Origin: Nitrospirales bacterium
Lineage (GTDB): Bacteria > Nitrospirota > Nitrospiria > Nitrospirales > UBA8639
NCBI GenBank assembly: GCA_965223295.1
Contig: CBDCWC010000003.1
Coordinates: 1,440,001-1,504,000 of the forward strand
Length of the DNA: 64,000 nucleotides
Direction of reading: 5' to 3'
Part shown: positions 26,510 through 35,811 of the stretch, piece by piece
Numbering within the stretch: the stretch's first letter is position 1
Layout of the letters: every line of letters begins with the position of its first letter
Made by a program: the position numbers and the translations under genes
Notes under the pieces: model-generated
The model's database searches: none
What the model was told of the DNA's origin: nothing
What the model saw: only the letters and a program-made list of their open reading frames with translations

Positions 26510-29500
26510 ATGTTTCTTTCTAGACGTCAATTTTTAAAGGTCTCCGCCGGCACAGTAGCGGCGGTGGCCTTAGCGGACAAGGCGCTGGCCTTGACGGCGC
26601 TGCAGCCGGTCATCGAAGTGGGCAATCCCCTGGGGGAGTATCCCGACCGGTCCTGGGAGCGGGTGTATCACGATCAATATCGCTATGACAGCTCGTTTAC
26701 GTGGTGTTGTTCCCCGAATGACACGCATGCCTGCCGAATCCGGGCGTTTGTGCGCAACGGGGTGGTCATGCGGGTGGAGCAAAACTACGACCATCAAACC
26801 TACGAAGATCTCTACGGCAACCGGGGGACGTTTGCGCATAATCCGCGGATGTGTCTGAAGGGGTACACGATGCATCGGCGGGTGTATGGGCCGTATCGGC
26901 TGAAAGGGCCGTTGATGCGGCGGGGCTGGAAGGCCTGGATGGATGCCGGCAGTCCGGAGTTTACGCCGGCGGTGATGACGAAATATAAGTTTAACGCGCG
27001 GTACTTGGATGACATGTTGCGGGTGAGCTGGGATACGGCGTTTACGTACCTGGCCAAAGCGATGATCATCATCGCCGAGCGGTATTCGGGGGAAGCGGGA
27101 GCCCGTCGGATGCGGGAGCAAGGCTATCCACCGGAAATGATTGAGATGAGCAAAGGGGCGGCCACGCGCTGCTTTAAGTTCCGGGCGGGGATGCCCATTT
27201 TGGGGGTGATTGGGAAAATGGGGATCACCCGGATGAATGGGGGCTGCGGGGCGTTGCTGGATACCTACATTCGCAAAGTCAAGCCGGACCAAGCGCAAGG
27301 GGGCCGGTATTGGTCGAATTATACGTGGCATGGGGATCAAAACCCCGCGCATCCGTTCTGGAACGGCGTGCAGACGTCGGATATTGACATGAATGACATG
27401 CGGTTCTCGAAGCTGAACACCAGCTGGGGGAAGAACTTCGTGGAAAACAAGATGCCGGAGGCGCATTGGAAGCTCGAGAGCATTGAGCGGGGGGCCCGGG
27501 TGGTGGTGATCACGCCGGAATATAACCCGACGGCCTATCGGGCAGACTACTGGATTCCAGTGCGGCCACAGACAGACGGGGCCTTGTTTTTAGGGGCCTG
27601 TAAAATCATCTTTGATGAAAACATGTATGACCATGATTTTTGTCAAGCGTACACGGACATGCCGTTGTTGGTGCGGACGGATACGTTGCAGTACTTGGAC
27701 CCCCGGGAAGTGATCAAAGACTATCAACTCCCGGACTTCAGTAAGAGTTATTCAGGGAAAATGCAAACGTTGGATCCTGCGAAGCTGGCCCGGTTGGGGG
27801 GCTTTATGGTGTGGGATCTGAACAAGAATCAGGCGGTGCCGATTCATCGGGAATTGGTGGGCTGGCATTATCGCAAGAGCGGCATTGACTCAGCGTTGAC
27901 GGGGACCTACCGGGTGAAGTTGTTGAACAACCGGGAGGTGGACGTGATGCCGGTGATGCAAATGTATCAGGTGCATCTGCAGGACTATGACTTGGATACG
28001 GTGCATCAAATCAATCGGGCGCCGAAGGACCTGATTGTGCGGTGGGCGCGGGATTCGGGGACGATCAAGCCGGCGGCCATTCACAACGGGGAAGGCACCA
28101 ACCACTATTTCCATCAAACCATTATCGCGCGTGGCGCGGCGATGGTGTTGATTGTGACGGGGAATGTGGGGAAATTCGGCACGGGGCAGCATACCTGGGC
28201 CGGTAACTATAAAGCGGGGATCTGGAACGCCACGCCATGGGGCGGCGGCGGGCTCGGGACGCATACGGGGGAGAACCCCTTTAAGATCACCACGGATCCA
28301 ACGGTGCATGGCAAAGAGATCCATGTCAAAGGCTACTATTATGGCGAAGAAGTGGCCTATTGGAACCATGGGGATACGGCGTTGATTGTCAATACGCCGA
28401 AGTATGGCCGGCGGGTGTTTACGGGGAAGACGCATATGCCCACCCCCAGTAAATTCCGGTGGGTGGCCAATGTGAATGTGTTGAACAACGCCAAACACCA
28501 TTATGACATGGTGAAGAACGTGGATCCGCACATTGAAACGTTGGTGACGCAAGATGTGGAAATGACCTCGGACGTCAATCATAATGACGTGGCGTTTGGG
28601 GTGAATACGTGGATGGAGTTCACCTATCCAGAGCATACGGCGACGGTGTCGAATCCCTGGTTCCAAGTGTGGAAGGGGGGCATCCGGCCCTTATATGACA
28701 CGCGGAACGATCTGGATACGGTAGCCGGGGTGGCGGCCAAGTTGACCGAAATGACGGGCGACGGGCGGTTCCGGGATTACTTCAAGTTTGTCTATGACAA
28801 CCGGGTGGATGTGTATGTGCAGCGGTTGTTGGATGCCAGCACCACGGGGTATGGCTACAGTGTGGACACGATGTTGAAGTCAGAGAAGGGCTGGATGGTG
28901 ATGTGCCGGACGTATCCGCGCCATCCGTTCTGGGAAGAAACCAACGAGTCGAAGCCGCAATGGACGCGGACGGGCCGGTATGAGAATTACCGGGTGGAGC
29001 CGGAAGCCATTGAGTACGGGGAAAACCTCATTTCGCATCGGGAAGGGACGGAAGCGACGCCGTACTTGCCCAATGCGATCATGTCGTCGAATCCGTATGT
29101 GCGGCCGGATGACTATGGGGTGCCGATCACGGCGCAACATCATGATGATAAGACCATTCGGAACATCAAGTTGCCGTGGCAGGAAATCAAGCGCTACTCC
29201 AATCCGTTATGGGAGAAGGGGTATCAGTTCTATTGTGTCACGCCGAAGACGCGGCATCGGGTGCATAGTCAATGGTCGGTGAATGACTGGGTGCAGATGT
29301 ATGAGTCGAACTTTGGGGATGCGTATCGGATGGATAAGCGGACGCCAGGGGTCGGGGAACATCAAATCCATATCAACCCGCAAGCGGCCAAAGATCGGGG
29401 CATCAACGACGGGGACTATGTCTACGTGGATGGGAACCCGGTGGATCGGCCGTATCGGGGGTGGAAGCCCAGTGACCCGTATTACAAGGTGGCGCGGTTG

Positions 29501-29947
29501 ATGATCCGGGCGAAGTACAACCCGGCCTTTCCGTACCATGTGACGATGGCCAAACATGCGCCCTATGTGGCCACGGCCAAATCCGTGAAAGGGCATGAAA
29601 CGCGGCCGGACGGGCGGGCGATTGCCATGGACACGGGGTATCAATCGAACTTCCGGTATGGGGCGCAACAGGCCTTTACGCGGGACTGGCTGATGCCAAT
29701 TCAGCAACTCGACTCGCTGCCAGGCAAACATGCGGTGGCGTGGAAATTTAAATTTGGGTACCAAGTGGACAACCATGCGGTCAATACGGTGCCGAAAGAA
29801 TGTCTCATCCGGATTACCAAGGCGGAAGACGGCGGCATTGGCGGCCGGGGTCCGTGGGAGCCGGTCCGGACCGGGTTTACGCCGGGGCAGGAAAATGAGT
29901 TCATGGTGAAATGGCTCAAAGGCGACCACATTAAGATTAAAGTGTAA
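26510..29947 (+). CDS. nxrA: Nitrite oxidoreductase alpha subunit, periplasmic Nitrospira type
   Basis: Tat motif SRRQFLK, CSPNDTHAC...C Fe-S motif, YTWHGDQ, 1145 aa. Confidence 0.97.
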   Translation: MFLSRRQFLKVSAGTVAAVALADKALALTALQPVIEVGNPLGEYPDRSWERVYHDQYRYDSSFTWCCSPNDTHACRIRAFVRNGVVMRVEQNYDHQTYEDLYGNRGTFAHNPRMCLKGYTMHRRVYGPYRLKGPLMRRGWKAWMDAGSPEFTPAVMTKYKFNARYLDDMLRVSWDTAFTYLAKAMIIIAERYSGEAGARRMREQGYPPEMIEMSKGAATRCFKFRAGMPILGVIGKMGITRMNGGCGALLDTYIRKVKPDQAQGGRYWSNYTWHGDQNPAHPFWNGVQTSDIDMNDMRFSKLNTSWGKNFVENKMPEAHWKLESIERGARVVVITPEYNPTAYRADYWIPVRPQTDGALFLGACKIIFDENMYDHDFCQAYTDMPLLVRTDTLQYLDPREVIKDYQLPDFSKSYSGKMQTLDPAKLARLGGFMVWDLNKNQAVPIHRELVGWHYRKSGIDSALTGTYRVKLLNNREVDVMPVMQMYQVHLQDYDLDTVHQINRAPKDLIVRWARDSGTIKPAAIHNGEGTNHYFHQTIIARGAAMVLIVTGNVGKFGTGQHTWAGNYKAGIWNATPWGGGGLGTHTGENPFKITTDPTVHGKEIHVKGYYYGEEVAYWNHGDTALIVNTPKYGRRVFTGKTHMPTPSKFRWVANVNVLNNAKHHYDMVKNVDPHIETLVTQDVEMTSDVNHNDVAFGVNTWMEFTYPEHTATVSNPWFQVWKGGIRPLYDTRNDLDTVAGVAAKLTEMTGDGRFRDYFKFVYDNRVDVYVQRLLDASTTGYGYSVDTMLKSEKGWMVMCRTYPRHPFWEETNESKPQWTRTGRYENYRVEPEAIEYGENLISHREGTEATPYLPNAIMSSNPYVRPDDYGVPITAQHHDDKTIRNIKLPWQEIKRYSNPLWEKGYQFYCVTPKTRHRVHSQWSVNDWVQMYESNFGDAYRMDKRTPGVGEHQIHINPQAAKDRGINDGDYVYVDGNPVDRPYRGWKPSDPYYKVARLMIRAKYNPAFPYHVTMAKHAPYVATAKSVKGHETRPDGRAIAMDTGYQSNFRYGAQQAFTRDWLMPIQQLDSLPGKHAVAWKFKFGYQVDNHAVNTVPKECLIRITKAEDGGIGGRGPWEPVRTGFTPGQENEFMVKWLKGDHIKIKV

Positions 29948-29993
29948 AAAACAGTTCATTTGGTAAACCAATATTTACAAAACGGAGGAAACC

Positions 29994-31283
29994 ATGCCAG
30001 AAGTCTATAATTGGCACTTAGGCCGGAAGATGCTGTATCCGTATGAGGAGCGGCATCCGAAATGGCAATTTGCATTTGTGTTCAACATCAATCGGTGTTT
30101 AGCGTGTCAAACCTGTTCGATGGCGGATAAGTCGACGTGGCTATTCAGCAAAGGGCAGGAATACATGTGGTGGAACAATGTGGAAACGAAGCCCTATGGG
30201 GGCTACCCACAGTTCTATGATGTGAAAATCACGCAGTTGATTGAGCAAGTCAATCCTGGCGGGCAGGTGTGGAATGTGCGGGTGGGCCGCAAGCACCATG
30301 CGCCGTATGGGGTGTTTGAAGGGATGACGATCTTTGACGCGGGGGCCAAAATCGGCCAAGCGGCCATTGGGTACATCCCGACGGACCAAGAATGGCGCTT
30401 CGTGAACATCTACGAAGACACGGCGACGTCGATGCGGGCCATTGTCGAAGGCGTGGATAAGACGGGGTTCACGAAAGAAGAACCCTGGAAAATGACCGGC
30501 AGCAGCTTGCCGGAGCATGAAACGTACTTCTTCTATCTGCAACGCATCTGTAACCACTGTACCTATCCGGGCTGTTTGGCGGCCTGTCCAAGAAAGGCCA
30601 TCTACAAGCGGCCGGAGGACGGGATTGTCTTAATTGACCAAAACCGGTGCCGGGGGTACAAAAAATGTGTGGAGCAATGTCCGTTCAAAAAGCCGATGTA
30701 TCGGGGGACCACCCGGGTCAGTGAGAAGTGTATTGCCTGCTATCCGCGGGTAGAGGGCAAAGATCCGCTGACGGGTGGGGAGCCGATGGAAACGCGGTGT
30801 ATGGCGGCGTGCGTGGGCAAGATCCGTCTGCAAGGGCTCGTCAAAGTGGGCGATGACGGGTTATGGGCGGAAGACCGCTGGAATCCATTGTATTATGCGA
30901 TTCGGGTGGAACAAGTGGCGTTGCCGTTGTACCCGCAATGGGGCACGGAGCCCAATGGGTATTACATTCCGCCGCGGCAAGCGCCGCGGGGCTACATCCG
31001 GCAGATGTTTGGGCCGGGGGTGGACAATGCCATTGAGAAGTATTTGGTGCCGAGCCGGGAATTGTTGGCGGTGCTGCAGTTATGGCGAGCGAGCCAACAG
31101 ATCATCTTCCGGTATGACGTCATTCCGGGGCCGAAAGTGTTTGAGACCCAAATTCACGGTCGGAAGTTTGAGATGTATAACGACACGGTATTGGGCTTCA
31201 ACAAGTCGGGCAAGGAAGCGGTGCGGCAGCAAGTGGAAGAGCCGATTTACATCCGTCCGGCCGAACGGGTGAACTGGCTGTAA
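29994..31283 (+). CDS. nxrB: Nitrite oxidoreductase beta subunit
   Basis: CLACQTCSMAD, CNHCTYPGCLAACP, CRGYKKCVEQCP, CIACYPR. Confidence 0.97.
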   Translation: MPEVYNWHLGRKMLYPYEERHPKWQFAFVFNINRCLACQTCSMADKSTWLFSKGQEYMWWNNVETKPYGGYPQFYDVKITQLIEQVNPGGQVWNVRVGRKHHAPYGVFEGMTIFDAGAKIGQAAIGYIPTDQEWRFVNIYEDTATSMRAIVEGVDKTGFTKEEPWKMTGSSLPEHETYFFYLQRICNHCTYPGCLAACPRKAIYKRPEDGIVLIDQNRCRGYKKCVEQCPFKKPMYRGTTRVSEKCIACYPRVEGKDPLTGGEPMETRCMAACVGKIRLQGLVKVGDDGLWAEDRWNPLYYAIRVEQVALPLYPQWGTEPNGYYIPPRQAPRGYIRQMFGPGVDNAIEKYLVPSRELLAVLQLWRASQQIIFRYDVIPGPKVFETQIHGRKFEMYNDTVLGFNKSGKEAVRQQVEEPIYIRPAERVNWL

Positions 31284-31310
31284 GCGGAGCCGACGGGCAC
31301 CGTTGAGGAG

Positions 31311-31348
31311 AAAGCAGGGGGCGACACCCGTCGCCCCCTGCTTTTTTT
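31311..31348 (+). terminator. Rho-independent terminator of nxrAB
   Basis: GCAGGGGGCGAC-ACCC-GTCGCCCCCTGC followed by T7. Confidence 0.92.
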
Positions 31349-31464
31349 GTACTAATTTCATGAAAGACCCTTTAACAAAACTTTGCTCTCATCAATTTCT
31401 GTCTTGAAAAAACTGCAATAATTGTTTTGAATTGTTTGGATTGCCTGATACAATCACTACTTGA

Positions 31465-31851
31465 TTGAATAAATTTGACTTCTGTATTTACTTACCTTCG
31501 TTACCTTTGTTTGATGTGAATCAATTACACGCTTTGGAAAAAGATAGTCCTTTTGCCGCTCAAGCTGTTTCTTTTGCTGACATTATAAAAAATGGGGAAA
31601 TTCCTACTCCATATCTAGAAAGCGACTACATCATGCATCAGTTCGTAGAACGACTGGTGCATTATGTGTTGAGTGTCCCGCAAGGGTCTTTCTCTATGCC
31701 TGAGTTAGGTAAAGTGTTAGAAATAATGGATCCTATCCATCAAGTGCTTTTTTTTAAACGGTTGAAGGAAAACAGTCCCAGTAGCTTAAAGCAGTTTGCT
31801 CCATTGTACTATGGATTCATGGCAGAATTTGACTCTCTTCTGTTTACCTGA
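31465..31851 (+). CDS. Hypothetical protein
   Basis: 128-aa ORF, TTG start, protein-like composition. Confidence 0.65.
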   Translation: MNKFDFCIYLPSLPLFDVNQLHALEKDSPFAAQAVSFADIIKNGEIPTPYLESDYIMHQFVERLVHYVLSVPQGSFSMPELGKVLEIMDPIHQVLFFKRLKENSPSSLKQFAPLYYGFMAEFDSLLFT

Positions 31852-31972
31852 GATCGACAAAAAATCTCATAATGACTATTTTAAGAAAATTGAGGTAGAG
31901 TCCTAGCAGGTTTAGAGGTAAGGGTTTATAATTAACCTTGAACGGCCAAACAATTTTTGTGAGGAAGATAGA

Positions 31973-32341
31973 ATGAATTCCACATTACATCGAGCAGTCG
32001 CCAGTTTTTACAACTTAATTTATGAAGGACAAGCCTTTGCTTCTACGATGGGCAGGATTGACCTTACCGAACAGGAACGGTATTTAGGGCGTGTCGAAGG
32101 TCTTAATTGGGTATTAGATCGATGTCAAGAGTTAGAAGACGTAGATATGAATCTCACAACAGCTTCCTTGCAAAAACTTCTGGGAGATGTGAAATCTGAT
32201 TTAGAGCACGAACTCTCTATTCAACGGCGAGAGAAGGGGCGACGAGCCGATGGGCGTGAAGAGGCCTTGTTATTTGTTGGGGACTATCTTGCCAGCCTCA
32301 TGACAGCGACTGAAATCGAGTCAGCCAAAAGCCCGGTCTAA
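31973..32341 (+). CDS. Hypothetical helical protein
   Basis: 122-aa ORF with GAGGA SD. Confidence 0.7.
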   Translation: MNSTLHRAVASFYNLIYEGQAFASTMGRIDLTEQERYLGRVEGLNWVLDRCQELEDVDMNLTTASLQKLLGDVKSDLEHELSIQRREKGRRADGREEALLFVGDYLASLMTATEIESAKSPV

Positions 32342-32406
32342 ATATCTATGTATTTATCTGGACTATGCCTTGGTCCAGAGCTTTCCCGTGTTTCTTCCTT
32401 TCCAAC

Positions 32407-32628
32407 ATGGAGTTTACGAGAAAAATCATCATACGTGAATGGATTGTGCTTGCACTTTGTCTTGGATTAGGGGCCCACGTTGCTCTTGGCGTACTCTTGC
32501 ATGGAAGCTTAGGTTGGCCGACGGAATCTTTTGGCTTCTATGGAATTTTTTTTGGTGTACTAATTTATATTTTCGTGCAGGTGGGTCGGGGGCTTTGGCG
32601 AGTTACGAGGGGAAAGTCAAAGACTTGA
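32407..32628 (+). CDS. Small two-TM membrane protein
   Basis: Two hydrophobic segments and a basic C-terminus. Confidence 0.6.
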   Translation: MEFTRKIIIREWIVLALCLGLGAHVALGVLLHGSLGWPTESFGFYGIFFGVLIYIFVQVGRGLWRVTRGKSKT

Positions 32629-32633
32629 TTAAT

Positions 32634-32774
32634 GAGCACCTCTAAAAACTGGGGGTTTTTTTCGAGGCTAAGGAAACAGCGCGCGGAAAACCGTAGTGTA
32701 TGGGCCAATACATGAGGGTTTGAGCACGCGGCTGAGGCCGCCATCGGGAAAAAGGACGGTTTATAGAAGTGCCC
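32634..32774. mobile_element. MITE-like element, family 2
   Basis: Imperfect TIRs GAGCACCTCTAAAAA and TTTATAGAAGTGCCC (12/15); folded interior; lies between convergent genes. No clear target duplication. Confidence 0.65.
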
Positions 32775-32843
32775 TAGAAAGTGTGTCTAGAATTCCTGCT
32801 TTTTGTGTGTTCTGCAGTTTGAACGAATAAGAATATTAGAGAT

Positions 32844-33140
32844 TTAGGAAAGATCAGATTTCTTGACGAGTATACCTTCTTCAATCAGCATGATAGGGAT
32901 TTGGTCTCTTATTGGATAAACCACGGTCTCATCTTTTCTCAGAAGGCCACCATCAATAGGTTCCGAGACAGGTTGCCCTCCTTTTGTTGTCAGCTCCCCT
33001 TTTGTAATCCGTTGATTCAGTTGTTCTACGACACTAGGTTCTAACAACCGAATCTCTTGTTTGGTTTCAGGACAGCAGAGAATAGCAAGCAAGTCGTCGG
33101 AAATTACACCTTTGTTTTGTGATGCTGTATTAGTTTCCAC
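32844..33140 (-). CDS. Trm112-like (UPF0434) protein
   Basis: LLAILCCPETK...YPIRDQIPIMLIEEG. Confidence 0.88.
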   Translation of the reverse strand: METNTASQNKGVISDDLLAILCCPETKQEIRLLEPSVVEQLNQRITKGELTTKGGQPVSEPIDGGLLRKDETVVYPIRDQIPIMLIEEGILVKKSDLS

Positions 33141-33321
33141 CGAAACACTCCTTTTTATAAGAGATGGCTTATATCACAGGATGTAAAAGTAGCACTATCT
33201 CTGGATTGAGGCAAGAAGAGAAAAGGCAATAAGGCGACGCTAAAAGCTGGATTAGTTCTCGTTGTAATGCGCAAAAAGTATGGCTTTGGTACACTAAGGA
33301 GTCGGTACAATTGGTCATCGT

Positions 33322-33957
33322 ATGAGTTCTTTTTCTTTCCATAGTCTTCATCGATACTTTCTGACAGGGCTCTTTATCATTGTTCCAGCTTGGGGAACGG
33401 TGCTCATTCTTTATACGCTCTTTGAAGCCCTCGAGCATATGACAGTTGGTCTCGTTCAGACATTATATGGAATCACCATTCCTGGCTCTGGGATTACGTT
33501 TTTCTGCCTATTGGTCCTTTGGGTGGGAATGGGGACAACGTATCTCGTGGGGCAACGAATTCATCAAAAATTTGAATCATCCCTGGAACAGATACCCTTT
33601 GTGCGAAGTATTTATCATACGTTGAAAAGCATGGCCGATGTTCTCAAATTTGGTGAGCGATTTGGACAAAGCAAGGTCGTGGCCTTTCCCTTTCCTCGTG
33701 ATGGATTATGGGCACTTGGATTTGATATGGGTCTTCCTCCATCCAGATTGCAGGTTTCTCCAGGGACCACATTGATCATGGTTTTTGTCCCCACTGCGAT
33801 TCATCCGTTTACAGGGTATTTGGCATTTGTTCCTGAGGATAAGGTTAACCGCATTCAACTACGTCCTGAAGAAGCCATGAAAATGGAATTTTCAGCCGGT
33901 TTGTACCGTCCGCCTTCTGGATGGCTAACACCGGCAAGATTGCCCCGAACCTCCTAG
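33322..33957 (+). CDS. DUF502 membrane protein
   Basis: YFLTGLFIIVP, IPFVRSIY, VFVPT...P.TGYL. Confidence 0.85.
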   Translation: MSSFSFHSLHRYFLTGLFIIVPAWGTVLILYTLFEALEHMTVGLVQTLYGITIPGSGITFFCLLVLWVGMGTTYLVGQRIHQKFESSLEQIPFVRSIYHTLKSMADVLKFGERFGQSKVVAFPFPRDGLWALGFDMGLPPSRLQVSPGTTLIMVFVPTAIHPFTGYLAFVPEDKVNRIQLRPEEAMKMEFSAGLYRPPSGWLTPARLPRTS

Positions 33958-33967
33958 TGAATGCGAA

Positions 33968-34486
33968 ATGATTGAAAGCGGTACATTGCGGATTAGGCGG
34001 GCAACTATAGCCGACAAAGAAACTATTCGTGTCTTTAATGCGGCCTTAGCAAGAGAAACGGAGGCGCGAAATCTCGACATACAAGTCTTACAGGCTGGAG
34101 TAGAGGCGATACTGGCAGATCCTCTTAAAGGTTGGTATGTCCTAGCCGAATGCGTTCCTGATTCAGGTCAACCGACAGTTATTGGTCAGATTCTCATTAC
34201 CTTTGAGTGGAGTGATTGGCGGAATGGCTATTTTTGGTGGCTGCAAAGTCTTTATGTAGACCAACATTATAGGCAGCAAGGTGTGTTCCGTCAGTTGTAT
34301 GAGTATGTTTGTGGCGAAGCGCGACACAGTTTGGAGAATGTCTGCGGGTTTCGCTTATATGTAGAAGGATCAAATCATACTGCACAAGAGATCTATGCCT
34401 ATATCGGACTTCAGAGGACTCCTTATCAAATGTATGAAATTGACTTTTCTGAGAACCAGTCAGTTTCAGCTCCTCCTATTCAATGA
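33968..34486 (+). CDS. GNAT acetyltransferase
   Basis: EWSDWRNG...LYVDQHYRQQGV, RLYVEGSN. Confidence 0.9.
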   Translation: MIESGTLRIRRATIADKETIRVFNAALARETEARNLDIQVLQAGVEAILADPLKGWYVLAECVPDSGQPTVIGQILITFEWSDWRNGYFWWLQSLYVDQHYRQQGVFRQLYEYVCGEARHSLENVCGFRLYVEGSNHTAQEIYAYIGLQRTPYQMYEIDFSENQSVSAPPIQ

Positions 34487-35811
34487 CTGAAATGATCTTG
34501 GAAATGTATTCCTTACCTGCCAAAACCCTGGTTGAGTCTCTGTCTGTAAAGTTCCCTTGGTTACGAGTCTGTGGATTCAGTGTCTTGGTCTGGATTTTTT
34601 GTGGATACTCCGCAGATTCGGCGGAGGCTTTGAAGCATCCACCCATCACGGAGCCACGTCCACATGTTCAAGATCTTGGAATAACAATTGGTGAATACGA
34701 CTCAGGTGAATGGAATAGCATTACTGATGTCCCGGGAGTGAAAGTGGGACATGTCACAATTATTGAAGGGCAGGGAGAGCTTCATCCTGGACATGGGCCG
34801 GTTCGAACCGGAGCCACGGTGATTATTCCTCGGGACGATGTGTGGCATCACAAAGTTCCAGCTGGTGCCTTTGTCTTAAACGGGACAGGGGAAATGACGG
34901 GGTTAGCCTGGATCATGGAGTCCGGCTTTCTGGAATATCCTATTGCCTTAACGAATACGTTAAATGTCCCTCGAGTTGCTGATGGCGTCATGAGCTGGAT
35001 GATCCAGCAGTATCCGGATATTGGCATCCGTGATGATACGCTGACTCCAGTGGTCGCCGAATGTGATGATAGTCGGCTAAATGATAGCCAAGGCCGGCAC
35101 GTTTCGCCGGAACAGGTGGTGCAAGCATTGGAAACGGCGGCGAGCGGGCCAATTCAAGAGGGGGCTGTTGGCGCAGGAACGGGGATGGTGTCCTACCAAT
35201 TCAAAGGTGGAATTGGCAGCGCTTCACGGGTTCTTCCGATGGAAAAAGGCGGTTACCGAGTAGGGGTGCTCGTTAATGCCAATCATGGGCGTCGCCATGA
35301 ATTCACTCTCGCAGGAGTTCCTGTTGGTCGACTTTATAGGAACGAGGATGAAACTGTAGCCAAGCAACAAAACCTGCCTGATTCTTCGATCTCCTTAAAA
35401 GTCATTCATCCTCAAAAGCGACAAGATAGCGGTTCTATTATTATAATCATCGCGACTGATGCCCCTCTAGATGCTCGACAACTTTCTCGTTTGTCAAGAC
35501 GAGCAACGATTGGTTTGGCCCGGACGGGATCGATTTCTCATCATGGAAGCGGTGATTTTGTGTTGGCTTTTTCCACAGGAAATATTATTCCACATTATCC
35601 TAAGAAACAAACCTTTGTCATGACACATGTAGCTGATACTCATCTCAATCCTCTCTTTCAGGCTACGGTAGAGGCGACGGAGGAGGCGATTCTGAATGCG
35701 CTCTTACAAGCCACAACTATGACTGGGAGAGATGATCGACAATTTGAGGCCATTTCCATCAAGCAACTCCGTTCAATTCTGGCATCGTATCCATCAATGA
35801 ATCACCAGTGA
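34483..35811 (+). CDS. DmpA/P1 family (S58) aminopeptidase
   Basis: NSITDVPGVKVGH, GAVGAGTGM, autocleavage G-S in GSIIIIIATDAPL, GSGDF. Confidence 0.92.
   Translation: MTEMILEMYSLPAKTLVESLSVKFPWLRVCGFSVLVWIFCGYSADSAEALKHPPITEPRPHVQDLGITIGEYDSGEWNSITDVPGVKVGHVTIIEGQGELHPGHGPVRTGATVIIPRDDVWHHKVPAGAFVLNGTGEMTGLAWIMESGFLEYPIALTNTLNVPRVADGVMSWMIQQYPDIGIRDDTLTPVVAECDDSRLNDSQGRHVSPEQVVQALETAASGPIQEGAVGAGTGMVSYQFKGGIGSASRVLPMEKGGYRVGVLVNANHGRRHEFTLAGVPVGRLYRNEDETVAKQQNLPDSSISLKVIHPQKRQDSGSIIIIIATDAPLDARQLSRLSRRATIGLARTGSISHHGSGDFVLAFSTGNIIPHYPKKQTFVMTHVADTHLNPLFQATVEATEEAILNALLQATTMTGRDDRQFEAISIKQLRSILASYPSMNHQ

Noticed and set aside
26570-30557. Long antisense ORFs (298, 258, 254, 138 aa) over nxrAB
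   Set aside because: Shadow frames caused by the codon bias of nxrAB; no recognisable motifs.
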